Of a stretch of 64,000 nt of DNA, positions 9,886-20,065 are shown piece after piece. The DNA is from Treponemataceae bacterium. Its GTDB lineage: Bacteria > Spirochaetota > Spirochaetia > Treponematales > Rectinemataceae. Positions within the stretch are counted from its first letter, which is position 1; every line of letters begins with the position of its first letter. The stretch spans positions 2,176,001-2,240,000 of the forward strand of contig CAXXHO010000003.1 of the NCBI GenBank assembly GCA_963667725.2. Direction: 5' to 3'. A model generated the notes under the pieces. It made no database searches. It was not told the DNA's origin and was given only the letters and a program-made list of their open reading frames with translations. The translations under genes were made by a program, and so were the position numbers.

Positions 9886-11097
9886 ATGAAAAGCTTCCGC
9901 ATCCTCATCCTGGCGGCGCTGATCGCCGTCCTAAGCATGCCGGCCTTTGCCCAAGCGGCGCCTTCGGCGGCCCCCAAGGCAGCCGGATCGAACCTTACCA
10001 TAGGCCTCGTCATGGTCGGTCCCTACAACGACCGCGGCTGGAGCCAGGCCAATTACGACGGCATGCAGTATGTCCTCGCCAAGGTACCGGGCACCAAACT
10101 CGTCTACATCGACAAGGCCAACTCCGCCGACAGGCCGGGCACCACGGTGTCCCAGCTCGCGGAAAGCCTCGTGGCGCAGGGCGCCAAGCTCATCTGCTTC
10201 TCCTCTGACGACATGATGGACGAAGCGGTCAAATTCGCTTCCGCCCATCCCGATATCTTCGTCATCATGACCACGGGCGATCAGCAGTGGAAGGAAGGCA
10301 AGGCCTATAAGCCCATGGCCAACATGATCAACATCATGGGCAAGATGGAATACATGAAGATGGCAGCCGGCGTCGCCGCCGCCCTCACCACCAAGACTGG
10401 CCAGATCGGCTTCCTCGGCCCCCTCATCAACGATGAGACGAGGCGCCTGGCCGCTTCCGCCTACCTCGGCGCCAAGTACGCCTGGGTCAACTATCTCAAG
10501 AAAGATCCCGCCCAGCTTAAGTTCCGCGTCACCTGGATCGGTTTCTGGTTCAATATCCCCGGCGTCACCGCCGACCCCACCCAGGTGGCCGACGAGTTCT
10601 TCAATTCGGGCTGCGACGTCGTCATCTCGGGCATCGACACCACGGAAGCCGTGGCCGAAGCCGCCAAGTTCACCGCCCAGGGCAAGCAGGTATGGGCCAT
10701 CCCCTACGACTATTCCAAGGCCATGGACGAGGGCAAGGGCGTTTCCCTCGGCGTTCCCTATTTCAACTGGGGTCCCGCCTATGTCAAGGCCGTGAAAGAA
10801 GCCATGGCAGGAACCTGGAAAGCCCACTTCGAGTGGAACAGCCCGGACTGGAAAAACATCAACAATCCCGACACCTCGGCCGTGGGCTTCAACAAGGGCG
10901 CCCTCAGCAAGACCGCTTCCGACGGCGTCGACAAGTTCGTAGGCGAACTCGCCAAGGGCCTGAACCTCTGGAGCGGGCCGCTGAACCTTCAGGACGGATC
11001 CGTCTATCTCAAGAAAGGCCAGAAGGCCACTGACCAGCAGATATGGTATCTGCCCCAGCTTCTCGAAGGCATGACGGGACAGAGCGTTTCCAAGTAA
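9886..11097 (+). CDS. BMP-family ABC substrate-binding protein (nucleoside/purine type)
   Basis: VGPYNDRGWSQA, GVPYFNWGP; followed by typical ATPase + two permeases. Confidence 0.85.
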   Translation: MKSFRILILAALIAVLSMPAFAQAAPSAAPKAAGSNLTIGLVMVGPYNDRGWSQANYDGMQYVLAKVPGTKLVYIDKANSADRPGTTVSQLAESLVAQGAKLICFSSDDMMDEAVKFASAHPDIFVIMTTGDQQWKEGKAYKPMANMINIMGKMEYMKMAAGVAAALTTKTGQIGFLGPLINDETRRLAASAYLGAKYAWVNYLKKDPAQLKFRVTWIGFWFNIPGVTADPTQVADEFFNSGCDVVISGIDTTEAVAEAAKFTAQGKQVWAIPYDYSKAMDEGKGVSLGVPYFNWGPAYVKAVKEAMAGTWKAHFEWNSPDWKNINNPDTSAVGFNKGALSKTASDGVDKFVGELAKGLNLWSGPLNLQDGSVYLKKGQKATDQQIWYLPQLLEGMTGQSVSK

Positions 11098-11119
11098 CGA
11101 AAGGATAGAGCGAAACAGA

Positions 11120-11171
11120 GGCAGCTCGAGGGATCGAAAGGTTTCCTCGGGCTGCCATATTTATTTTTTTC
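11120..11171 (+). terminator. Stem-loop with T-rich tail after BMP gene
   Basis: GGCAGCTCGAGG...CCTCGGGCTGCC followed by ATATTTATTTTTTT. Confidence 0.55.
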
Positions 11172-11182
11172 AAAGGTGCCCA

Positions 11183-12679
11183 ATGACGATTGAACTGCGC
11201 GGCATAACCAAAACCTTCGGCGCCCTCAAGGCCAACGACACGATTTCGCTGACCATTCCCCCCGGCAGCATCCAGGGCATCCTGGGCGAGAACGGGGCCG
11301 GAAAAAGCACGCTGATGAAGATATTTTCGGGCTTTCTACGCCCCGACTCGGGCGAAATACTCTTCGACGGACGGATCCTGCGCATCGACTCCCCCGATGA
11401 CGCGATAAAGAACGGCATCGGAATGCTCCACCAGGACCCCCTCGACTTTCCTCCCTTCAGGATCATCGACGATTTCCTCCTCGGAAGCCCTGGAGGCCTC
11501 GTGCCGAATCGCCGCAGGGCGCTCGCCGACTTCTCCGCCCTCTCGGCCCGTTTCGATTTCAGCCTCTCCCCCGACGCCCGCGTCGCCTCCCTCACGGTCG
11601 GCGAGCGCCAGCAGCTCGAGATACTGCGCCTTCTCTGGCTGGGCGCCAGGGTCCTCATCCTGGACGAACCCACGACAGGCATAAGCCAGACGCAGAAGGA
11701 AAAGCTATTCGCGGCCCTGCGCAAGCTCGCTTCCGAGGGCATGACGGTTTTTTTCGTCTCCCACAAACTCGAGGATGTGGAAGCTCTCTGCTCGAGGGCC
11801 GCCATCCTCAGGCAGGGAGCCCTTGTCGGCGCCGTGGAAGCCCCCTTCGACAAGGCGGCCCTTGTGCGCATGATGTTCGGCAAGGAAGTGGAGCTCGCAC
11901 CCAAGTCCAGGACAGCCCCGGGGAGGAAAGTGCTCACCGTCAAGACCGGTTCCGTGGACTCCATCCGCCTCAGGATCAAGGACGTGAACCTCGAGGTCAG
12001 GGCGGGAGAAATCATCGGCATCGCCGGCATGGAAGGCTCGGGCCAGGATCTCTTCCTGAGAGCCTGCGGAGGCCTCGTAGAGCCCGCGGGCGGGCAGTTC
12101 TGCCTCGATGAGGACGAACGACCGATGAACGGCAAAACCTACCACGACTACAAGCGGATGGGCGTCGCCTACCTGCCCGCGGCGCGGCTCGAGAAGGGCC
12201 TCGTGCCAGGCCTGACCCTCTCCGAGCACTTTATTTTGTCCACAAAGATGGGCGGAGCCTTCATAGACCGGCAGGCCGCCGGCGCCCTGTCGGAAGCGCG
12301 CATTTCGGCCTTCAACATAAAGGGCAGGCCCGACAGCCCCGTGGAATCCCTCTCCGGAGGCAATCAGCAGAGGGCCTTGCTCTCCCTTCTTCCGGAAACC
12401 GCCAGCCTCATCCTCGTGGAGCATCCCACGAGGGGCCTAGACATCGAATCCACCATCTATATCTGGGGCAAGCTGAAAGAGCGCTGCTCATCGGGCACGG
12501 CCATCCTTTTCCTGTCCTCTGATCTCGACGAAATTCTCCAGTACAGCGACAAGGTCCTCGTCTTCTTCGCGGGCAAGGTCTCTCCCGCCATAGACTCAAA
12601 ATCGCTCAACGTCCAGAAGTTGGGCGAGCTTATCGGCGGCGTCGGCTGGGAATCATTCGAGGAGGCGAGCCATGCGTGA
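11183..12679 (+). CDS. Nucleoside-type ABC transporter ATP-binding protein
   Basis: GENGAGKST, LTVGERQQLEI, LSGGNQQR, HPTRGLD. Confidence 0.9.
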   Translation: MTIELRGITKTFGALKANDTISLTIPPGSIQGILGENGAGKSTLMKIFSGFLRPDSGEILFDGRILRIDSPDDAIKNGIGMLHQDPLDFPPFRIIDDFLLGSPGGLVPNRRRALADFSALSARFDFSLSPDARVASLTVGERQQLEILRLLWLGARVLILDEPTTGISQTQKEKLFAALRKLASEGMTVFFVSHKLEDVEALCSRAAILRQGALVGAVEAPFDKAALVRMMFGKEVELAPKSRTAPGRKVLTVKTGSVDSIRLRIKDVNLEVRAGEIIGIAGMEGSGQDLFLRACGGLVEPAGGQFCLDEDERPMNGKTYHDYKRMGVAYLPAARLEKGLVPGLTLSEHFILSTKMGGAFIDRQAAGALSEARISAFNIKGRPDSPVESLSGGNQQRALLSLLPETASLILVEHPTRGLDIESTIYIWGKLKERCSSGTAILFLSSDLDEILQYSDKVLVFFAGKVSPAIDSKSLNVQKLGELIGGVGWESFEEASHA

Positions 12680-13721
12680 CGACAAAGGCACGAAACTGGC
12701 CTTCGGCGCGGGATCAGTCTTCCTCGCGCTTCTTTTAACGTCGGCCATCGTCGCCCTGACGGGCAACGATCCCCTCCAGGCATACGGGAACATCATCCAG
12801 GGAGCGGTCGGATCGCCCAACGTGGCGGCCAACGTTTTCGTCTCCTGGGTGCCCCTCATCCTCGCCACGGCGGGACTTCTCTTCACCTTCACCGGAGGCC
12901 TGTGGAACATCGGCATCGAAGGGCAGATAACCCTGGGCGCCATATTCTGCACCTGGGCGATGCGCGTCCTTCAGGGCACGGCTCTCCCGCCTGGCGCTGT
13001 CATCGCGCTTTCCGTCGCCGCGGGCATGCTGGGCGGCCTCCTATGGGCTCTCCTCGCCGGCGTCCTCAAGACCTTCGGCGGCGTGAACGAGATATTCGGA
13101 GGCCTCGGGCTCAACTTCGTGGCCACGGCCCTCAACCTCTGGCTCATCTTCGGGCCATGGAAACGCCCCGGCGTCGCTTCCATGTCGGGCACCCTCCCCT
13201 TCGAGCCGGAACTTTGGATGCCGACACTCTCGGCCCAATCAAGGCTTGCCCCGATACCGCTTGCCATAGCCGCGGTCACCATCGTCATCGCCCTGGTACT
13301 GCTGAGGGGCAGCTATTTCGGCCTCAAGCTCAAGGCAGTGGGAAAAAACCCGAAATCTGCATACCTCCTCGGCATACCCACTTGGCAGCACATGCTCCTC
13401 TCCTTCGCCCTCTGCGGCGCCTTCGCCGGCCTCGCCGGGGCCGTCCAGGTGACTTCGGTCTACCACCGCCTCATCCCTTCGATTTCGAGCGGCTACGGCT
13501 ACACGGGCCTCATGGTGGCCATGCTCGTCAACTTCAGCCCCGTATGGGCCGGCCCCGTCGCCCTCTTCTTCGCCGCCCTCACCGTGGGCTCGATACAGCT
13601 ACCCATCGTGCTCAAGCTCGATTCGTCCCTCGCGGGCGTGATACAGGGCTTCCTCGTCCTCTTCGTCCTCATCGGCAACGGCCTGAGGATGAAGTTCCAG
13701 AAAAAGAGAGGGAATCCATGA
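12672..13721 (+). CDS. Nucleoside-type ABC transporter permease
   Basis: WNIGIEGQ, GGVNEI, GYGYTGLMVA. Confidence 0.87.
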   Translation: MRDDKGTKLAFGAGSVFLALLLTSAIVALTGNDPLQAYGNIIQGAVGSPNVAANVFVSWVPLILATAGLLFTFTGGLWNIGIEGQITLGAIFCTWAMRVLQGTALPPGAVIALSVAAGMLGGLLWALLAGVLKTFGGVNEIFGGLGLNFVATALNLWLIFGPWKRPGVASMSGTLPFEPELWMPTLSAQSRLAPIPLAIAAVTIVIALVLLRGSYFGLKLKAVGKNPKSAYLLGIPTWQHMLLSFALCGAFAGLAGAVQVTSVYHRLIPSISSGYGYTGLMVAMLVNFSPVWAGPVALFFAALTVGSIQLPIVLKLDSSLAGVIQGFLVLFVLIGNGLRMKFQKKRGNP

Positions 13722-14719
13722 CCAACGACGCGCTGTTATTCGGCCTTTCCGGGGTGTTGAGCTCCTCGGCGCCCATCCTCTTCGGCGTCCTCGGCGAGAC
13801 CATCACCGAAAAAGCCGGCGTCTCGAACCTGGCGATGAACGGCATGATTCTCCTCTCGGCCATGGGCGGCTTCGCCGCCTCCCTCGCCACGGGCAGCCTC
13901 GCGCTGGGATTCCTCGCGGGAGCGGCTATCGGCGCGGCCGTAGCCCTCGTCGTCGCCTTCACGAGCATCACCCTCAAGCAGTCCCAGGTGGCCGTCGGCT
14001 ACGTCCTCGCCATGCTCTGCCGCGATCTCGCCTACTTCCTAGGCAACCCCATCATGGGAATGCCCGGCCCTCGCCTCAACCTCCTGCCCATACCGGGCCT
14101 GAGCTCCATCCCCGTGGTCGGCACCCTCTTCTTCCGCCACGACATCGTCACCTACTCGAGCTTCCTCCTCATCATCCTCTCCTGGTTCTACATGGAACGA
14201 ACGAAGCCCGGCATCATGCTGAAAGGCCTGGGGGAGAATCCCAAGGCGGCCTACGTGCGCGGGGCGAACGTCAACCGCCTGCGCTACGTCTACACGATCC
14301 TGGGCGGGGCGATAGCCGGCCTCGCCGGCCCCATCTATTCGCTCTCGGTGAAGGCGGGCTGGAAAGGCACGATTTCGGGCCTGGACGGCATAGGCTGGAT
14401 CATCCTCTCGATCACCATATTCGGCGGCTGGACGCCCTTCAGGGCCGCGATCGGGGCCTATTTCTTCTCGCTCCTGCAGTGGCTCGGCCTCGTCCTGCAG
14501 CCCCTCATGCCCAACGTCCCCTCACAGGTGCTGCAGGTGGCGCCCTTCCCCCTCATGATCCTCACCCTCCTCCTCGTCAACATCAGCAACGCCGAGTGGG
14601 TGGAGAGAACACTCTCGCGGCTGCCCGAATCCGTGCGACGCGACGTGGCGAAGGTTCTGATGGCGCTCAACGCCACGCCGCCCGCGGCGCTGGGCATGCC
14701 TTTCGATAAGGATGAGTAG
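13718..14719 (+). CDS. Nucleoside-type ABC transporter permease
   Basis: Real part of ORF 12902..14719 from ATG 13718; GETITEKAGVSNL, GENPKAA, GIGWI. Confidence 0.87.
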   Translation: MTNDALLFGLSGVLSSSAPILFGVLGETITEKAGVSNLAMNGMILLSAMGGFAASLATGSLALGFLAGAAIGAAVALVVAFTSITLKQSQVAVGYVLAMLCRDLAYFLGNPIMGMPGPRLNLLPIPGLSSIPVVGTLFFRHDIVTYSSFLLIILSWFYMERTKPGIMLKGLGENPKAAYVRGANVNRLRYVYTILGGAIAGLAGPIYSLSVKAGWKGTISGLDGIGWIILSITIFGGWTPFRAAIGAYFFSLLQWLGLVLQPLMPNVPSQVLQVAPFPLMILTLLLVNISNAEWVERTLSRLPESVRRDVAKVLMALNATPPAALGMPFDKDE

Positions 14720-14745
14720 ATAAGAATTGCTGGAGAGGAGGAGCC

Positions 14746-15534
14746 GTGCGCGTAGCCCTGGTACAGAACCACCCCGTTTTCGGCGAGAAAAAGGCCAATG
14801 TGGAATCGCTCATCGCGCAGATGGAGTCAGCGCCGGTCGACCTCTACATTCTCCCCGAACTTTCCTACTCGGGCTACCAGTTCATTTCCGCGGAGGAAAC
14901 GGCCAGCCTCGCCGATCCGCTCAAGAGTAAGTCAATTAACGCGTTCAGGAAGGCAGCGCGACAACTTGACGCGGGCATCGTCTTCGGCTTTCCGGAAAAG
15001 GCCGCAGACGGCAGGCTCTACAACTCTTCCCTTGCCATCCTTCCCGACGGGCGGGAATACCTGTACCGGAAAACCCATCTTTTCTACAAGGAAAGACTCT
15101 TCTTCACGCCAGGCGATCTCGGCTTCACCTTTTTCGAATTCAGGGGAGCTAAGGTAGGCATGGCCATCTGCTTCGACTGGTTCTTCCCCGAGAGCTTCAG
15201 GACCCTGGCCCTCGCCGGCGCCGACATCATCGCCCACTGCTCCAACCTGGTGATGCCATCCTGCCAGCAGGCCGACTTTGCCCAAGCCCTCCAGAACCGC
15301 GTCTATATCGCCACGGCCAACCGCGTCGGCACCGAGGCTCGCGAAGCCGAAGCCCTCACCTTTACGGGAGAGTCGGTCCTCGTGTCGCCCAAGGGAGAGT
15401 ACCTCCTGCGCGGCCCCAAGACCGAGGAGGCCGTCCTCGTCGCCGATATCGACCCCAGCCTCGCGCGGAACAAGCGCATCAACGCCATGAACGACGTCTT
15501 CGCCGAACGCAGGCCGGAGTTCTACAATACCTGA
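14746..15534 (+). CDS. Carbon-nitrogen hydrolase (nitrilase superfamily amidase)
   Basis: Catalytic triad motifs LPEL, YRKTHLF, ICFDWFFPE; ends RRPEFY. Confidence 0.88.
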   Translation: MRVALVQNHPVFGEKKANVESLIAQMESAPVDLYILPELSYSGYQFISAEETASLADPLKSKSINAFRKAARQLDAGIVFGFPEKAADGRLYNSSLAILPDGREYLYRKTHLFYKERLFFTPGDLGFTFFEFRGAKVGMAICFDWFFPESFRTLALAGADIIAHCSNLVMPSCQQADFAQALQNRVYIATANRVGTEAREAEALTFTGESVLVSPKGEYLLRGPKTEEAVLVADIDPSLARNKRINAMNDVFAERRPEFYNT

Positions 15535-15572
15535 TTCTTCAGTTTTGCCTGACTGAACACTCAAAATCACAC

Positions 15573-15618
15573 ATTAGGTCAAGATAATGTGATTTTTTTC
15601 ACATAATCTTGATCTAAT
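15573..15618. promoter_or_regulatory. 20-bp-arm inverted repeat (candidate operator) upstream of AAA ATPase gene
   Basis: ATTAGGTCAAGATAATGTGA-T6-TCACATAATCTTGATCTAAT, 18/20 complementary; TATACT at 15623. Confidence 0.6.
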
Positions 15619-15648
15619 AGTGTATACTCTATAAAACAGGAGAACGGA

Positions 15649-17013
15649 ATGGAACGAGATGTCATGGCATATCTTGTGCGATGGAAGGATTCCCGACACC
15701 GAAAACCTCTTGTCATGAGAGGACTGCGTCAGGTAGGAAAAACCTGGATTCTCAAGGAATTCGGCACAAAATACTACGAAAATCTGGCATATTTTAACTT
15801 TGAGGAAAGGCCGGAGATAGCCTCTTTCTTCGAAACCACAAAGGATGCAGGAAGAATCATCTCCAATCTTTCCATGTTGCATGGTCAGCCCATCCATCCT
15901 GGCAAGACGCTTATCGTCTTCGATGAAATACAGGAATGCAACTCGGCATTGAACTCGCTGAAGTATTTTCAGGAAAATGCCCCCGAATACCATATCGCCT
16001 GCGCGGGATCGTTGCTGGGAATCGCGCTATCGAAGCCAAGCTCCTTTCCCGTCGGGAAGGTGGATTTTTTAAATGTCCGGCCTATGTCGTTTTCGGAATT
16101 CCTCGCCGCCAATGGAGACAAGAATCTTGTCGAGTACCTGCATGGCCTGGAGTCTATCGGTCCCATTCCAGAAGCTTTTTTCAACCCGCTTATTGAAAGG
16201 CTCAAGGCATATTTCGTGACGGGAGGCATGCCAGAATCGATTCTAGCTTGGACAGAACATCGAGATGCGGGGCGGGTTCAGGAGGTGCTGAGCGCAATAT
16301 TGGATGCCTATGCGCTCGATTTTTCGAAGCATGCGCCGGTAAAAGATATCCCCAAACTCGGCATGATCTGGAATTCCATTCCTTCCCAGCTAGCCAGGGA
16401 AAATAAAAAGTTTCTCTATAATGCGATGAGGACGGGAGCAAGGGCTCGGGAATACGAAGACGCCCTCGCGTGGTTATGCGACGCGGGGCTCGCCCATAAG
16501 GTGTTCAGATGTTCGAAACCCGGCCTTCCTTTGTCGGCATATGAAGACGGATCGGCATTTAAAATCTATATGGCCGATGTGGGAATACTACGTCGTAAGG
16601 CTCAGCTGGATCCATCGGCCTTCGGGGATGGCGTACGTCTTTTCACGGAGTTCAAAGGCGCGTTGACGGAAAACTATGTCTTGCAAGGATTGGTCGCACT
16701 GCTGGGCGAGACTCCTCGATACTGGAGTTCTGGTGGACTAGCCGAAGTGGATTTTCTCATACAATGGAAAAACTTGATAATCCCCGTAGAAGTGAAGGCC
16801 GATCGAAATGTACGTTCAAAAAGTTTGGCTCTCTATGGCCAGAAATATAGTGCCGACACGCCGATCAAGATACGATTCTCCCTGAATAATCTTCGACTGG
16901 ATGGGAATATTCTCAATATACCTCTTTTCATGATCGACGAACTGAAAAGACTTCTCATCCTCGCTCTCGAGCAGCAGGCTCAGCCGAACAAAGCCCCCCA
17001 ACCGAAAGCGTAG
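15649..17013 (+). CDS. AAA_14 ATPase with DUF4143 / C-terminal PD-(D/E)xK-like domain
   Basis: GLRQVGKT, IVFDEIQE, AGSLLG, TGGMPE, KIYMADVG, EVDFL...PVEVK; lower GC than flanks. Confidence 0.88.
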   Translation: MERDVMAYLVRWKDSRHRKPLVMRGLRQVGKTWILKEFGTKYYENLAYFNFEERPEIASFFETTKDAGRIISNLSMLHGQPIHPGKTLIVFDEIQECNSALNSLKYFQENAPEYHIACAGSLLGIALSKPSSFPVGKVDFLNVRPMSFSEFLAANGDKNLVEYLHGLESIGPIPEAFFNPLIERLKAYFVTGGMPESILAWTEHRDAGRVQEVLSAILDAYALDFSKHAPVKDIPKLGMIWNSIPSQLARENKKFLYNAMRTGARAREYEDALAWLCDAGLAHKVFRCSKPGLPLSAYEDGSAFKIYMADVGILRRKAQLDPSAFGDGVRLFTEFKGALTENYVLQGLVALLGETPRYWSSGGLAEVDFLIQWKNLIIPVEVKADRNVRSKSLALYGQKYSADTPIKIRFSLNNLRLDGNILNIPLFMIDELKRLLILALEQQAQPNKAPQPKA

Positions 17014-18389
17014 AGAAGTCCCGCGGCCAGGAAGAGAAGGCTGAAGCGCCAATTCCAGCGCAGGGCTACGTCGACGGCCTTGGTGTCGATCAACCTGGAA
17101 ATAGTCATGATGACGCCGGCGAAGGGCGTGACCATGTAGGCCGCCGCCCCGCCGACGGCCAGGGAAAGCGCCACCGTGATGGGCGGGAGGGGAAGGGCTA
17201 TGAGGGCCAGCACCTTCCCGAACAGCAGGATCGTGATGAAGGGATGCAGCCCGATAATAGAGCCCGCGACGATCCCCAGGGCGATGAAGATGATGGAAGC
17301 GGCGCCCAGGGAGCCAGCGGCGGCTTTGAGAAAGGGGGCGGCCCGCTCGAGCAGGCCCGACACCTCGAGAGCGCCCGAGAATACGCCCATGGCGACGAAG
17401 AAAGGCGCTATATCGGCCACCTTGAGGGTGCCCTGGAGCCACTGTGTCTTGAGGGCCTCTTTCATGCCCGGCTTCTTGGCCTGGCTTAAAATCCAGCAGA
17501 TGACGATGAGGGCGCCCGCCAATACCGTCCGCCCCGACGCGGCACCGATATGGAACCATTCCAGAAGGGCGGCAGCCAGGACAAAGGCTCCCGCGACGAC
17601 GAGGATATGGACGATTCTGCCGCCGCCAGCCACTTTTTCCGGTCCCGGCAGCTGGCCGACCAGGGCTTCGGCGCCGGCGAAGTCCTCGGCATCGCGGCGC
17701 TCTGCCGGCAGCTCTTCCTTTTCCTGCTTACCGAAGACTTCCGCGAAATAGGATACTCCCATCCCCAGGCAGGCCAGGATGAAGCCGGGCACGAATACCT
17801 TCGACCATGTCAGCCCGCTCGCCTGCACCACGAGGGAGAGGTTCACGGCTCCCGGCGACCAGAGGGCGGCAAGAACATAGCCCCGCGTGGATACTCGGGC
17901 GTAAAAGCGCCTCCAGTCCGAGACTCGAGCCTTCAAGGTTTCCTCGAAGAGGCCCACCGTCACGGGGAGAGCGCCCAGATTGAGAAAACAGGCCAGGATG
18001 TGGATCGTGAAGGTCATGAAGAGAAAGAGTGAAGATGTGCGCTTGAACCTGCCTTCCATCCAGGATTTGATGGCCATATCGTAGCCGCCCACCTTTATCG
18101 GGACGATGAAGGTCTGCATAACGGCCACGATGGCGATGATGTTGGTCATGGAGGATGCCGACTTCATCCAGACATCGAAGGGCTGGCGCCCCAGGGCGAG
18201 CATGACAATCCCGAGGGCAAGGAACACGATGGCAGCCTTCTGGAAGCCCTTGCTCATCAAGGGAAAGCCCGATACGAGAGCCGCCGCGGCGGCCAGGAAC
18301 AGAAGCCAGCCCGACTCCAATCCGAAAAGCGTTCCGCCCAGATTCAGGGCAATAATGGTAAAAACACTGACGCGGAACAGACTCTTCAT
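16980..18389 (-). CDS. Multi-pass membrane protein, putative secondary transporter
   Basis: 469 aa, about 12 hydrophobic segments around a central hydrophilic loop. Confidence 0.7.
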   Translation of the reverse strand: MKSLFRVSVFTIIALNLGGTLFGLESGWLLFLAAAAALVSGFPLMSKGFQKAAIVFLALGIVMLALGRQPFDVWMKSASSMTNIIAIVAVMQTFIVPIKVGGYDMAIKSWMEGRFKRTSSLFLFMTFTIHILACFLNLGALPVTVGLFEETLKARVSDWRRFYARVSTRGYVLAALWSPGAVNLSLVVQASGLTWSKVFVPGFILACLGMGVSYFAEVFGKQEKEELPAERRDAEDFAGAEALVGQLPGPEKVAGGGRIVHILVVAGAFVLAAALLEWFHIGAASGRTVLAGALIVICWILSQAKKPGMKEALKTQWLQGTLKVADIAPFFVAMGVFSGALEVSGLLERAAPFLKAAAGSLGAASIIFIALGIVAGSIIGLHPFITILLFGKVLALIALPLPPITVALSLAVGGAAAYMVTPFAGVIMTISRLIDTKAVDVALRWNWRFSLLFLAAGLLYAFGWGALFG

Positions 18390-18421
18390 CGAAATTCTCC
18401 CAAGATATGTGCTTGAGAGGA

Positions 18422-19240
18422 TTATAGCAGAAAACCCTTCAACCTTTCGATGCTTTCCGGCGCCGATCCTTCATAATGATTGTTGACGTCGATCCGGACC
18501 TCGCGCCCCGACGAGACCAGGTCCGAGACCATCGCGGCAATATGGGGGAGCTCAGGCTTCGGATCGATGATTTTGTCCCAGCGTCCGCCCGAAGCTTCCT
18601 CAATCTTCTTCCGGTCGCCGCCGAGCAGGCGAATGATGACGAGATCGTTAAGAAGCCTCGAGTAGCGCGTGTAGAGCTCGACGATGGGCGGCATATACAG
18701 CTTTTCCGAGAAGACATGTGAGGCCTTGGCCTCAGCCAGGAAGGAAAACCAAGCTTCGTCGAGGTAAGGCCCGTTGCGCGGCTCCAGGGCGATGGGAATA
18801 TCCCTGGACACGCGATCGAGGAAGACGCGCAACGCATCGATGAAGGCTTGCTGCCCCGGCATCTTCTGGCGGTTCAGATACTCGAATTCGAGGATGATAG
18901 CGCCGACTTGGCCTTTGATCGGCGCGAGCCTCTCGAGGAAGTGACCGAAAAGCTCGGCCGAGAGGAATGCGGGATTCGGCTCCATGCCGCCCCGCTTATG
19001 CGTAAGCGTGATATCCCGGGGCGCCTTGACGATGAAGCTGAACCCCGGATCGACGGCGGCCGAGTACTCCTCAACTTCCCTGATGGTCGGAATCTTGTAG
19101 AACCAGGAATCGACTTCGACCATCCTGAAGCGCTTCGCGTACGTGGCAAGGTAGTCGATGGATCGCGGTTCAGGCTGGTCGTACACCAGCCCAACCCAGG
19201 AGTCATAGTTCCAGGAACAGGTGCCGATGTGGAGTGGCAT
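18422..19240 (-). CDS. DUF72 family protein
   Basis: IGTCSWNY, VEVDSWFY, KAPRDIT, VNNHYEG. Confidence 0.88.
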   Translation of the reverse strand: MPLHIGTCSWNYDSWVGLVYDQPEPRSIDYLATYAKRFRMVEVDSWFYKIPTIREVEEYSAAVDPGFSFIVKAPRDITLTHKRGGMEPNPAFLSAELFGHFLERLAPIKGQVGAIILEFEYLNRQKMPGQQAFIDALRVFLDRVSRDIPIALEPRNGPYLDEAWFSFLAEAKASHVFSEKLYMPPIVELYTRYSRLLNDLVIIRLLGGDRKKIEEASGGRWDKIIDPKPELPHIAAMVSDLVSSGREVRIDVNNHYEGSAPESIERLKGFLL

Positions 19241-19352
19241 ATATTAAGAATATAGCATTCAAAAAGTGCAAACTAAAGAGCAAAGACTATTGCGAGATTG
19301 ATATCTTGAGTAATTACGTAAGGATAAATTCTTTTTAAACAAGAATTGAGGC

Positions 19353-19380
19353 TTGCATGGATTCCGGAGTGGGGTAGAAT
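19353..19380 (+). promoter_or_regulatory. Candidate sigma70 promoter upstream of the cassette
   Basis: TTGCAT-N16-TAGAAT. Confidence 0.4.
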
Positions 19381-19417
19381 GATGGCTTAGGAGTTATACG
19401 GAACACACGAATTGTTG

Positions 19418-20065
19418 TTAGAAAGACGCCTCCGGCGCCGGGGATGAAGAATCTACATTGGAGCGTACTATGCATATCAAGAAAATCGTTGGTGACAAAT
19501 GCTATCTTTCTCCAATCGATCTCGAAGACACTAATCTCTATCTCGAGTGGCTGAACTGTGAGGATGTTTACAAATACCTCCTTGTAGGAACAAGCGTTCT
19601 TACCTATGAAACTGAGAAAGAAGCCTTGATTAGGCTTTCAAAAGAGCATGTGTATGGCATTATCGATAAAGAGACTGATACTTTAATCGGCAATGTTGGA
19701 CTTATGAGTCTCAATCATATTCATAAAACGGCAGAAGTAGGAATCTTCATCGGGAATCAAGACTATTGGGGCAAAGGCTATGGGACTGAAGCATTAAGAC
19801 TTCTTGTGGATTATGCTTTTAGGATATTGGGACTGGAGAACATAATGTTGAAGACGTATGACTATAATGTACGAGCACAAAAGAGTTATAAGAAAGTAGG
19901 GTTTAAAGTAATGGGTGTAAGAAGGAGCTCGCATTACTATAATAATGAACGGCATGATGATATTTATATGGATATAGTAAAAGAAGACTTCTATAGGCAA
20001 TAAGCAGAAAGAAGCTTCTAACAATCGCTTCAACCCGACTCGGCAACTGGTGGGTTAAGCCAATG
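19418..20065 (+). mobile_element. Integron-type gene cassette (GNAT gene + attC), no integrase in window
   Basis: Begins at G|TTAGAA (19417-19423), the exact complement of the attC R'' box TTCTAAC; single AT-rich gene; ends at G|TTAGGC. Confidence 0.8.
19470..20003 (+). CDS. GNAT N-acetyltransferase (RimJ/RimL-like)
   Basis: AEVGIFIG, YWGKGYGTEA, NVRAQKSYKKVGF; markedly AT-rich; alternative TTG start 19458. Confidence 0.88.
   Translation: MHIKKIVGDKCYLSPIDLEDTNLYLEWLNCEDVYKYLLVGTSVLTYETEKEALIRLSKEHVYGIIDKETDTLIGNVGLMSLNHIHKTAEVGIFIGNQDYWGKGYGTEALRLLVDYAFRILGLENIMLKTYDYNVRAQKSYKKVGFKVMGVRRSSHYYNNERHDDIYMDIVKEDFYRQ

Noticed and set aside
18422..19416. intI gene or a definable attI site upstream of the cassette
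   Set aside because: The divergent gene is DUF72, not a tyrosine recombinase; no convincing attI architecture can be read
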